Part shown: positions 15,395 through 26,399 of the stretch, in pieces | How the letters are laid out: every line of letters starts with the position of its first letter | How positions within the stretch are numbered: the stretch's first letter is position 1 | NCBI RefSeq assembly: GCF_006345805.1 | Contig: NC_043005.1 | Span: forward strand, 75,392,001-75,456,000 | DNA from: Octopus sinensis | Taxonomy: Eukaryota | DNA length: 64,000 nt | Direction of reading: 5' to 3' | The notes under the pieces: generated by a model | The model's database searches: none | Seen by the model: the letters and a program-made list of their open reading frames with translations, nothing else | What the model was told of the DNA's origin: nothing | Translations under genes and position numbers: made by a program

Positions 15395-15481
15395 AGGTAG
15401 ATTTGGACTGATTTCAGCTGAGCAGGAATGACAATAAAATCTGTTCAACCTAGGTTGGCTTTCAAACGCTGCCTCCGCCAT
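15395..15481 (-). CDS. RNF115/RNF126: First coding exon of RNF115/RNF126-family RING E3 ubiquitin ligase (N-terminal half of the zinc-ribbon/BZF domain)
   Basis: Translates MAEAAFESQPRLNRFYCHSCSAEISPNLP (29 codons). This matches the family N-terminus (MAEA...RF/YCHxCxxEIxPxLP). Strong Kozak context (aaaATGG) and canonical phase-0 donor CCT|gtaagt. Too short for the ORF track. Confidence 0.9.
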
Positions 15482-15900
15482 TTTCACCAGCGGATTCAGT
15501 TGAGATGAAAACGAAATTCCGTCCCCTTGTCGTCGAAAAGGAGGAACTACCAGAGGACGCTGCTGCTGTTGTCGTCACCGCTGGACTAGCTTTCATTTAT
15601 TTATTTATATATATTTACATATTTATTTACTTCTTTATTTCATTTGTTTGTTTGTTTGTTTTTTATTTATTTACCATTACAGACTCTCTGCGATCGAAAT
15701 GTTGACGTGAAGCCGTGTTGTTTTTACGGTTTCAGAAAATTATTTATTGTAACGACATGAAATATATTGATAATAATAATAATAATTTATTCAGCTATTA
15801 ATCACATTAATCATAAAAAGATATTAAAATGTATTTAACAGTAGTAGAGACGAATTAACAAGAACCGTTTGATCGTCGAACAGAATGCTTCGTGGTATTT
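15482..15900 (-). promoter_or_regulatory. 5' UTR and promoter region of RNF115/126-like gene
   Basis: CpG-retaining, repeat-poor stretch directly upstream of the ATG, with a pyrimidine-rich leader on the minus strand. The TSS cannot be determined from sequence. Confidence 0.55.
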
Positions 15901-18153
15901 TTTAAAAGCATGCTCCAGCATGGCCTCACTCTCTAGAAGAAACCAGTAGAAATAATTCTATTATTGCTAATATGTGTAACTGGATGTCATCTATTTGTTT
16001 TTGACATATTTAAACATATATGTATGCGTGTGATTATATATATATATATAAAAAAAAAAACGAGAATACCCAACAAATATTGCAAAAAATGTCTCATATA
16101 TCTATAAATATTTTTAAATGAATTTGATTACGGATAATAAAGAAATGAATCATAAAATAAATGGTATTTTTGAGGGTTAATTACATTATAGCAGTTGTCT
16201 CCCTTGTAGAATGGGGAGATATTTTGTCGGTGAACTTGTAATTAATGTAACTATAACTTAACATAATTCTATAAAATATTTATAGCAGTTTTAGTCCTAA
16301 CTATTTGAGCAATTATTCTAATAGCAATTATATTTCGACTATTTTCTCTCTTCTTCTGAACTTCTGAAGAGCTACTTCTGCATTTTCCTATATTATTATT
16401 TTATGAAAATATCTGTTAGTAATACAATGTTGATTAAAACCCATAATTTTTATTTATCGTTTTCATTTTCCTAAAATAATTGTAATTAGTTTAAATTCTT
16501 TCAAATAAAACAATGTTCGTAAAAACTGTAAGAATTACCTCCCTTAGATTTGCTTTATAAGTTTCACAGGGACAGACAGAATTTTGTATGGATTCTAATT
16601 ATTTCAAGGTTACAAATATTAATATCGACTACAGTGTATCATGGGTAGTTATTTCCTCGAATTAAATGGCAAAATCAAGTTTCGCGAGATCGAAACTCAT
16701 TGTGGGAGGGGATTTAACAAGATTAGAAAAGAATTGTTTTCAGCTAAATAAATTTACCTTTGGTATTTTATTTACATTCTGAGTTCAGTTCCTGTCAAGC
16801 TCACTTCGCCTTTCAACTTTCTGGGATTGGTAATGAAAGTCATTTTTACACTAATTTTTCGAGTTCTAGTACTCACAGACCCATTTATCTGGTTTTCATG
16901 GTGTATAAGTAACCAAGATCACAGCATTCCCTCTAAATGGAATACCAGTTTGTTGCAGCTGAGTGGACTTGAGCAACATAAAATGAAGTGTTTTACACAG
17001 CATCCAGTCCAGGAATTGAAAGCACAATCGCAAGATCATGAGTGGAATATCTTTACCACTAGGCCAAGCACCTTCCCGATAGTAAAATAATACAAGGTCA
17101 ATTTTAATTGACTATATACAATGACATAGGTCAGCAAACTACAGCCTTGGGCCAAATCTAGCTCACAGCCTCATTTCATCTGACCTGTCAACTTTACTGA
17201 ATATGTGACATTATATACAAATACTCCTTGTCTTTTTTTATTTATCTACTGATGTATGCATCATGTATGACATGAAATGCAGTGAGAAATTAAGATGTTT
17301 TTAGTTCAAGTGAGGGCACAGGCATGGCTGTGTCATTAAGAAGTTTACTTCCCTCATGGTTTTGATTTGTCTCACTGTGACACATCAGGCAAGTATATCT
17401 ACTCCAGCTCATGGCCAACCAAAGCCATGTGGGTGGATTTGGTTAAAAGAAACTGAAAGAAGCCTATCTAGTACACATAGTGAGGGATTATAATGGAAGG
17501 CAAGGTTTATAATATTAGGAGAATATCGCCTTCTCCCATAATATCTTGTTCTTTGTGTAGTTCAGGCGAAGAAAGAAGTCTTTAAGTACAAATGCAATTT
17601 ACAAACACCAGCTAAACCTCCCTTAAATCACGAATCTTTTCATCTGAAAATTATTTTCAAATTATAAACAGAAACAAATTGCAGATTCAGACTATCCATA
17701 TATTAAAGCTATAATTAAAAAAGTTTTCAAAAACAAAAAAAATAGGATTTGTGAAGGATATTTCTGCTCATTTAACTGCTTGCAAGGCATAACTGTTGCA
17801 AGTGTTTCTTCAATATTATCACCAAACTCATTCTTGAAGGCTGTATACCACTTCAATTTGCTTTTTAAATTTGGGCAGAAATGATGCATATGCTTGCAAC
17901 AATGCCAAAAATCCAGGAATCAGACACATTCATATAAGATACCAAATACTTTCTAAGCTACTAACTCTTAAAAGTAACAATTTTATCTTTATAATAAACA
18001 TTCTTTTATTTAATTCCTTGAAAATCTTTGCACACAGAATTTCTGCAGCAGCCATCTTTTGCTGTTTTCAACATAAATCCAACTGATGAATGTAGTGCAA
18101 TCAATCTAACATGAAACCCAGTTGTGTTACATAATTTATTAGTATGTTTATCA

Positions 18154-18384
18154 TTAACCCTTTAGTTTTTAAACTGGCCATATTGGGCACAAGTATTTTA
18201 CCTGTTTTATATTCAAACTAACCAGATCCACCTTCTCACACTTACTCTACAATGCCATTCCAGAAGGTTAACAGTTACATCATTGAAATCTCAAAGCTAC
18301 AAGGTAATGCACAATTAGTTCAAATGAACGTGAATAAAAATAAACATTACACTTGACTGAATAATCTGAATGTTGAAGAGTTAA
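18154..18384. mobile_element. TTAA-flanked piggyBac-type MITE copy
   Basis: ttaaccctttag...tgttgaagagttaa. Internal similarity to 508-715. Confidence 0.6.
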
Positions 18385-18473
18385 ACTATATTATGCATAG
18401 GTGAGTGCTTTTCTTTTAACAAAGAACTACAGCTGATCATGTATACATACATTAAATATATATAATGCATATA

Positions 18474-18932
18474 GGCGCAGGCATGGCTGTGTGGTACGAA
18501 GCTTGCTTCCTAACCATATGGTTCCAGGTTCAGTCCCACTGCATGGCACCTTGGCACCGTGTGTCTTCTGCTATAGCCTTGGGCTAACCAAAGGCTTATG
18601 AGTGGATTTGAAAAAAGCCCGTTGTGTGTATATATATATATACACATACACATACACACATATGCACACACAAACGCATACACACATATATATATATATG
18701 TATATATATTTATATGTATGTGTCCTTATGACTGTCTTTGTTCCCAAATCATCGCTTGACAACTGATGTTGGTGTGTTTATGTCCATGTAACTTAGTGGT
18801 TCAGCAAAAATGATCGATAAAATAAGTACTAGACTTACAAATCATAAGTCCTGGGGTCAATTTCTTTGGCTAAAACCTTTTAAAGTGGTGCTCCAGCATG
18901 GCTGCAGTCAAATGACTGAAACAAGTAAAAGT
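18474..18932 (+). mobile_element. tRNA-derived SINE, family A (CpG-decayed)
   Basis: A-box tggctgtgtggta, B-box ggttcagtccc, central TA/TG microsatellite and tail gactgaaacaagtaaaag. Confidence 0.9.
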
Positions 18933-19448
18933 ATATCATCATCATTTAATGTCTGTTGTCCATGCTGGCATGAGTTGGATGGTTTGACCAGGGCTCGTAC
19001 ATTGATAAGCTGTACCAGACTCTAGTTTGATTTGGCATAATTTCTATGGCTGGATGCCTTTCTTAACACCAGCCCCTCTGAGAGTGCAATGGATGATTTT
19101 ATGTGCCAGTGGCACAGGTGCCACTTGTGTGACACCAGTATCTGCCACGACCATGATTTCACTTGGTTTGATGGGTCTTCTTCTCAAACATAACATGTTG
19201 GCAAAGGTCTTGGTCATTTGTCATTGCCTCCATGATGTCCAACACTCAAAATGTGCTTTTTGACAGGTCACTGACATGGGTACCAGTTACATGACACCAG
19301 CATCATCTACGACTACAATTTCACTTGATTTAACGTGTTTTCTCAATCACGCCACATTGTCAAAGGTCTCAGTCGCTAGACATTACCTCTGTGAGACCCA
19401 ACATTAAAAGATCATGATTCACCACCTCATCACATGACTTCCTATATG

Positions 19449-19631
19449 TATATTATATAGAGGGCATTACTATACATAAATGCCACATGCTAGATGGGAC
19501 TCTTAAAGTCAAATCTACCAAAATAAATAAACACATTGCACTGATGTGTTTATTTATTTTGGTAGTTTTGACTTTAAGAGTCCCTCCTAGTGTGTGGCAT
19601 TTATGTATAGTAATGCCCTCTATATAATATA
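19449..19631. mobile_element. Palindromic MITE/foldback, about 88-bp arms with 7-nt loop
   Basis: tatagagggcattactatacataaatgccac...aataaacacat | tgcactg | atgtgtttatt...gtggcatttatgtatagtaatgccctctata, with few mismatches. Confidence 0.8.
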
Positions 19632-19737
19632 AATAAATATATTTAAGAGAAAAAATTGATGGATTTTTCTCTTATGAGGTTTTTCACGCTAACTACTTGA
19701 TAAATTCTTATAAAGATTTTATCCTATTTTTAAATTG

Positions 19738-19774
<37 letters not shown>

Positions 19775-19860
19775 TAACTATCTATCTATCTATCTACCTA
19801 TCTATCTATTTCTCTATTCGTCTATCTCTCTATCTATCTTTCTATCTAACTATCTATCTA

Positions 19861-19912
<52 letters not shown>

Positions 19913-19989
19913 TATATATATAACTATATATATATTATATATATACATACATATATCTATAGATATATATATATATCTATATATATATA

Positions 19990-20167
19990 CAAAATAGCAT
20001 GAAGCGTAAGGATGCAGAAAAGCATCAAGCCAAGGAAATGGAAAGAATTTTCACTTACTGTTATTTCTCTGTTTGCTTGGTGCTTTTACGGTGGTTTAAT
20101 TGAGACTTTAACTCTTATTTCTAGCAGCTTGATGCTTTTCTGCATCCTTACGCTTCATTCTAATTTG
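19990..20167. mobile_element. Tc1/mariner-type MITE with about 41-bp TIRs and TA target duplication
   Basis: TA|caaaatagcatgaagcgtaaggatgcagaaaagcatcaagc ... gcttgatgcttttctgcatccttacgcttcattctaatttg|TA. The inner 32 bp of the TIRs are perfect. Confidence 0.75.
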
Positions 20168-20325
20168 TATATTATAGCTAAAGAATGCATTTTGCCTGGG
20201 AATTATCTATGTTACTACTGTTGACACCATCAATTTTAAATTTTATCCACAGATAATATTAACAATAGTAACATCTTATTTCAAACTTTAGTGTTTGAAT
20301 GTTATGTTCACATATATATAATATA

Positions 20326-21527
20326 CACAGGGGTTGGACAAAATAATAGAAACACCTCAAAATTTCAAACAAATTAATTTTAATATGGGGTAGGACCACC
20401 TTTGGCAGTAATTACAGCTTGAATTCTATGAGGTATGGACTCATACAAAGTTTGAATTGTTTCAGAAGGAATTTTTGTTCATTCTTCAGCTAAAACAGTC
20501 TCCAGTTCTGGTAGTGATGATGGTGGAGGATTTCGACTTCTTATTTATTTTTCTAAAATGCACCATAAATATATTCAATAATATTGAGATCTGGGGACTG
20601 TGGAGGCCAGATAAGATGTTCAAGTTCACTAGAATGTTCCTCATGCCCTTCAGTAACAACTTTAGCTGTGTAGATTGGTGCATTATCATCCTGAAAGATT
20701 GCATTTTCCTCCAGAAACAGTTCTGCAACCACAGGATGAATTTGATCAGATAAAATGCTTAAATAGTCTTAACTATTAATTCTACCATGAAGGGAAACCA
20801 TTGGGCCAACGGATTTCCAAGATATAGCCCAGATAATCATAGATCCTCCTCCATGTTTAACAGTTGGAAGAAGGCAGTCTGGGTCAAATGTTTCTTTTAG
20901 CTGTCTCCACATGTATACTCAGCCAGTGGTTGGAAATAAGGTAAAGGATGACTCATCCAAGAAAATAACATTATTCTACTCTAAATGCTTTGCAACGTTT
21001 GTTTTTGAAAGTAGTGGTTTTCTGATTGCAGCCCTCCCCTGAAATCTGGCTTTGTGCAGCTCCCAGTGAACAGTTTTTGAGGAAACTGGGTTCTCAAGGA
21101 GGGAGCTGTACTTTTGTGATCCTTTCTAACAATTCACATAAAATCCAATGGTCCGTATCTGAACGTTTTGGTTTTCTTCTGGAGTTTTGTTTTGACAAGG
21201 AGATTTTTCCCTCTTTTTCAAAGAGTGCCATTACTTTCCAGACAGTATTTCTTGATACACCAAACATTTCAGCTGTTTTCATTATGCTAGTGCCTGCCAT
21301 ACGAGCACCAACAATTTGACCTCTTTGAAAGTTCAACAGATCTGTCATTTTGATAAATTTTAATTACCTTTTTCTGATGGTATCTGAAAAGAAAAAGCAA
21401 TTTTAGCAAAACATATTAAGCAACACTAATAATAAATAAGAAAAACTTACAAGTAAACAAGCTTTTGACGGTTTTATAGGTATTTCAAAATTATGATGCT
21501 AGGTGTTTCCATTATTTTGTCCAACCC

Positions 21528-21532
<5 letters not shown>
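20326..21532 (-). mobile_element. Full-length (1207 bp) inactive Tc1-like transposon, DD36E (Incomer-type)
   Basis: 32-bp TIRs CACAGGGGTTGGACAAAATAAT(A/G)GAAACACCT with 1 mismatch and TA TSD. Transposase remnants: MTDLLNFQRGQIVGARMAG (paired-like HTH), IFLDESSF, FQDDNAP...WPPQSPDLNIIE with 36 residues between D and E. Contains stops and frameshifts. Confidence 0.92.
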
Positions 21533-21588
<56 letters not shown>

Positions 21589-22205
21589 TGTCTGTGTGTG
21601 TACATACACAAAACACATATATATTGTGTTTGCTTTTTAATATATATGTACTAATTGTATAAATTGTGAGGTCATTGTCAATAGGTATTTATTGTCATTC
21701 ATTTGATAAGCAACTTAAAAATGATTGTATAATTTACAGATTACTTGTGATATTTAAATAAACTGTAACATTTATTTGTCTTTTTTTTTATCTCATCAAA
21801 ATCATGACATTTTTCTTTCACTCTTTTTCCCATGGAAAAACTTTTCCATGACCACAGGGGGAATGTAATAGGAACTCCAGATGGATGAAAAGCAAAGCTA
21901 ATTCCTGTGAGACTTAAATCAAAAATTTAGAAAGATAAAAGTTAGATAATATCAGGAGAAATTCTTTACTCAGCATTTTTATCAGGTACAGTGGTTAAGA
22001 AGCTTACTTTGATACTATGTGGTTTTAAGTTCAGTCCCCCTGCATGGCACCTAGGGCAAGTGTATTTTACTATAGCCTTGGGCTGTGACTGAATTTGGTA
22101 GACAGAATCTCTGTCTCCCCGCCTCTCTCTTTCTCTCTGTATATATATAGATATGTATGTGTGTATATATATAGATATGTATGTGTGTGTATATATATAT
22201 ATATA

Positions 22206-22613
22206 TAAATTAATCAAAATAAAAACATGATGCCAAGGATTCAGTGGTACATATGTTTTGGGCCTTTATTAGACGGATTTATAACAATGCATAATGTGTG
22301 TCTGTGGCTTTTTTCAGCCGCGCACAACTACTACCTCAAGGACATGTATTACATCAAAAATTCTACGTTGGGGATGCAAATCCTCTCATTCACGTACGAC
22401 ATAATGCGGCAACAGCATAAAAATGAAGCGTCCATCTCGTTCTTCTCTCAACGTAGAATTTTTGATGTAATACATGTCCTTGAGGTAGTAGTTGTGCGCG
22501 GCTGAAAAAGGCCACAGACACACATTATGCATTGTTATAAATCCGTCTAATAAAGGCCCGAAACATATGTACCGCTGAATCCTTGGCATCATGTTTTTAT
22601 TTTGATTAATTTA
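22206..22613. repeat. 165-bp inverted repeat (78-bp spacer) made of two Penelope-like terminal-repeat fragments
   Basis: Arms 22206-22370 and 22449-22613 are reverse complements with few differences. Each carries a hammerhead-like motif. Confidence 0.85.
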
Positions 22614-22687
22614 CTCCACCACCTACACCACCAAACGGTATATACAGGTGCTTACAATTATCAAGTACTCACCCTGAATTTATATAT

Positions 22688-22729
<42 letters not shown>

Positions 22730-23289
22730 CACACCACATATAGGAAAAATATAATTGGCTGTTTATATTAGTTTTTGTATATCCCATCGCTCACACACAC
22801 ACAGGAGATATATCTTTCTCTTTCTTCCTGCTTCTGCCTCATCTCTCTCTCTCTCTCTCCCTCTCTCATTTTCTATCTATAAGTGTATATTTCTTTGCAT
22901 GCATGTGTGTGTGTATGTGTATGTGTTTGCCTCCAGTGCCAAAATGTACTGTGACCAAAACAGGTTGAATGTGTCCTGTCAGCCTTGCCAAATCATCAAC
23001 ACCAGAAAAGCTATTTCCAATCGTCTCATTCTGCTTTTGGAACATGACTGGAACACTTACAGATTACCATAGACATAACCTGTCTACCATTTTACTGATG
23101 AGGCCATGCAGCACCATCCAATTATACTAATTACAAATGTGATGTTAGACACCTTCATTAACTAACCACCATTATATTTTCAGTTCAACATTTGAGTTGT
23201 TGTAATTCATTAGCGTTTCAGTTTATTTACTGGACAGCGTTATAGTCATTTGACATTGCTATGTTGATTACTAATCAATACATTGTTAT

Positions 23290-24420
23290 CATATTTGTAA
23301 TGAAGTTTAATATCAGAAATATTGTGTTCTTTCATGATCTATCGCTATGCTGATTCATCAAAGGTATTTCTTAATTTTAGGAAAAGTTCATATGAGCACA
23401 ACATAAGAAATCATTGTTTGCATTATCTACAATGCTGTCTAAAGCAATGATTTGCATATTAATTCTTAATATATTCAAACAGATTCAAACACAAATATGC
23501 TAGTAGCTGTTGTGTATGACACAAAAGAACAACTTCTCCCTTTTACGATGACAGAGTGTTCATATACATTCAGCGTATTAGTGCAAGGGAGTTATGGACA
23601 CCTATGTTTCGACATATTGTGTCTCATCTATTAGAATCACCTGAATCTTTAAGCCTAAACCACCAGCTGGCTATGTTTATACTGTTTGCTGATCAATGCT
23701 TATATCTGCGAACTGATAAGAAATGTATAGTAAAGTCTGAAATGACAATTTGCATATTGACTCTTAATATATTCCAACAAATGCAAATATGCTAGCTGCT
23801 GCTGTGTATAGCACGGAAGAATAATTTCTATGTTTAATGATGACAGTGTGTTCATAATGCCCTTCACTCATTGGTGCAAGAGATTCTAGGACAACTGTGT
23901 TTTGTTATGTTGTGCCTTATCTGCTAGAAGCACTGAGGCCTTTGAGTCTGAACAACCCACTGTTTTTTTTTTATACTTTCAGTAAATAAAATGTTTGGTA
24001 GTCAGTGTTTCTTTCTGCAAACCAATAGAAAATCATTGTTTGCACTGTGTACAGCAAGAGCTGAAACAATAATTTACATATTTATTTTTAATATGTTCTC
24101 ACAGATTCAAACACGAATATACTAGTCACAGAACAACTTCTCCTTTTCACAATGACAGTGTGTTCATGACTCACTTGGCTCATTGGTGTAAAGGATTCTG
24201 GGACACCTGTATTTTGACATGTGTCTCATCCACAATAGCACCCAGGCCTTTGAACATAATCAACCAGCTGGCTTTGTTTATTATTTCAGCAAGTGGATTA
24301 TTTTCTGATCAGTGCTTATATCTACTAACTGATAGAAAATTGTTATTTGTACTGTGCACAACAAGACCTGAAACAATGATTTGCGTTGATATTTTCAGAA
24401 CATTCCAGCAGATTCTAAGA
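23290..24420. repeat. Diverged tandem repeat, about 300-bp unit, about 4 copies
   Basis: Recurrent blocks atgacag(t/a)gtgttcat (about 23548, 23840, 24152), tgatca(a/g)tgcttatatct, ctgaaacaat(g/a)attt(g/a)catatt and cagattcaaacac(a/g)aatat(g/a)ctag. Confidence 0.75.
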
Positions 24421-24984
24421 ATTTTCTTGAAAGTGTTGAAATTCAGTAACCATATGTACCACATGTATGTGGAACAACTTTGCAAAGCCATTGTGTCTTC
24501 ACTGGTAGAAATGTAAGACTGTTGGGAAAAAAATGTTATAGTGTTGGTTTCAGTCCTTGGCTCTTTACATTCTGAGTTTAAATTTGCTTTTCATCCTTTC
24601 GGGGTTGATGAAATAAAGTACCAGTCAACTACTAGGGTCAATGGCATCAACCAACACTCCTTTCATCAAAATTGCTGGCATTGTTCCTAAACAGGAAAAA
24701 CCATTCTTCTTCTCCACCTCCTCCCCATCATCATCATCATCATCACCACCACCACCACCATCATCACCACCCACTAACATTTTCACCTTCATAATCATTG
24801 CCATCATCACTCTCACCACCACGACCATTACCATAATCATCATCATCATTATTAATTGACCAATGGCGGTGAACTCTGACAAAGACTTAACAAAGTCCAA
24901 AATCACAATAAGTTCAATAACTGTTTTACTACTGAGAACTTGAGGTGAATATTTCTTCATTTTCTTTTACAATTATGTTTAATC

Positions 24985-24994
24985 TCTCTCTCAA

Positions 24995-25057
<63 letters not shown>

Positions 25058-25268
25058 ACACATGTATATATACATATATATATATACATACATATATACA
25101 TATATATATGCATAAATATATACATACATACATACATACATGTACACATACATACACATACATACATACACACACATACACATACATACATACACATACA
25201 TACACACATACATACACACACATACACACATACATACATACATACATACATATACATATATATATATA
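24985..25268. repeat. Compound CT/TA/TACA microsatellite
   Basis: Directly visible. Similar tracts lie at 14690-14830, 19738-19990, 21533-21585, 33221-33470 and 57799-57860. Confidence 0.95.
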
Positions 25269-25981
25269 ATTAATCCAAAAAAATGAAGAAAAAACAACAG
25301 CACGTAGACGTGGTACATGCAAAGTATTAAAAGATGCTCAAAGTATTAAAAGCTGCAAAATTATCATAGAACTGTTACTCAGAGTTTCATGTTCCCATTC
25401 ATTGTTACAGTTCACAACTGTCTGATGAACAGTTGAGTAATAATTTTGCACCTTTAATAAAAAGTACTTACTCTACCTTTGATATTCGAGTACTATTTTT
25501 TCCACCTTATTTTGCACTTATGTGCTTACCTGTGTATGTGTGTGTGTGTTTGTGAACATATGTGTGTGTGTGTGTGTGTGTGCCTTTTATCTTTTACTTG
25601 TTTTGTTTCAGTTGTTGGACTGTATCCATGCTGGGGCATCACCGCGAAGAGGTTTTTAGTTGAATCAACTGATATCAGTACTTATTAATAATATTGTTTA
25701 TCCTTCACCTAACTCAGAACCTGCAATTTGTTTGGATCTGGAGTTTATAGAAGGCAATGCAATAGGTGCAGTGAGTGTAGCCATGCGTGACCATCATGAC
25801 TCATTGTGTATTCAGTCAGTCATTTGTGAATGTATGATATAACCAGGGAACAAATCCATGCTTACTTTAGTGAGTAACTTCGTGATCAAACATTGTACCT
25901 GATAGCATTATCCCTGACCTGACCTTAGTGTTTTCACTATTCAAATACCTGATTCACTCAAATCCTGGAAATTATATATAT

Positions 25982-26282
25982 ATAATGTAAAGTATAGAAG
26001 CCATCTTATCATGGCTAACCACATTGGGGAGGGGGTGTTACTGTAGCTTTATAGCCCCAAGAGGTCTTCGTCTCTAGCTGGCTTTAGACACAATATCAGT
26101 GTCCTTGGAGTATTTGCAAAGGGAGGCCATCCCTTCCTCGCAAGCCTCAAATACTCCAAGGACACTGATATTGTGTCTAAAGCCAGCTAGAGACGAAGAC
26201 CTCTTGGGGCTATAAAGCTACAGTAACACCCCCTCCCCAATGTGGTTAGCCATGATAAGATGGCTTCTATACTTTACATTAT
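25982..26282. repeat. Perfect 135-bp inverted repeat with 31-bp spacer, Helitron-related sequence
   Basis: Arms 25982-26116 and 26148-26282 are exact reverse complements by my reading. The arm start matches the interior of the Helitron at 58070-58140. Confidence 0.9.
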
Positions 26283-26325
26283 CGAGCGATTACTGTTTCA
26301 ATCTCATTCTGAGATTTAATTATAC

Positions 26326-26380
<55 letters not shown>

Positions 26381-26399
26381 ATATGTATATATATATATA

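Noticed and set aside
17692-17889. 65-aa ORF in non-repetitive sequence (MHHFCPNLK...)
   Set aside because: No recognisable domain, an in-frame stop just upstream and no clear splice boundaries.
15900-18100. Head-to-head POLR3C partner as in the vertebrate RNF115 locus
   Set aside because: I looked for a POLR3C-like first exon on the plus strand and found none.
19999-20103. Small ORF MKRKDAEKHQAKEMER...
   Set aside because: The ATG and first codons are the TIR of a MITE and recur on the opposite strand.
23290-24420. Tandem 300-bp units as a CRISPR-like array
   Set aside because: Units are wholly homologous with no short repeat plus unique spacer structure, there are no cas genes, and the DNA is eukaryotic.
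25869-25965. Minus-strand segment with good acceptor (aatttccag) and donor (aaa|gtaagc)
   Set aside because: Stops in all three frames. It could only be a non-coding exon, and there is no further evidence.
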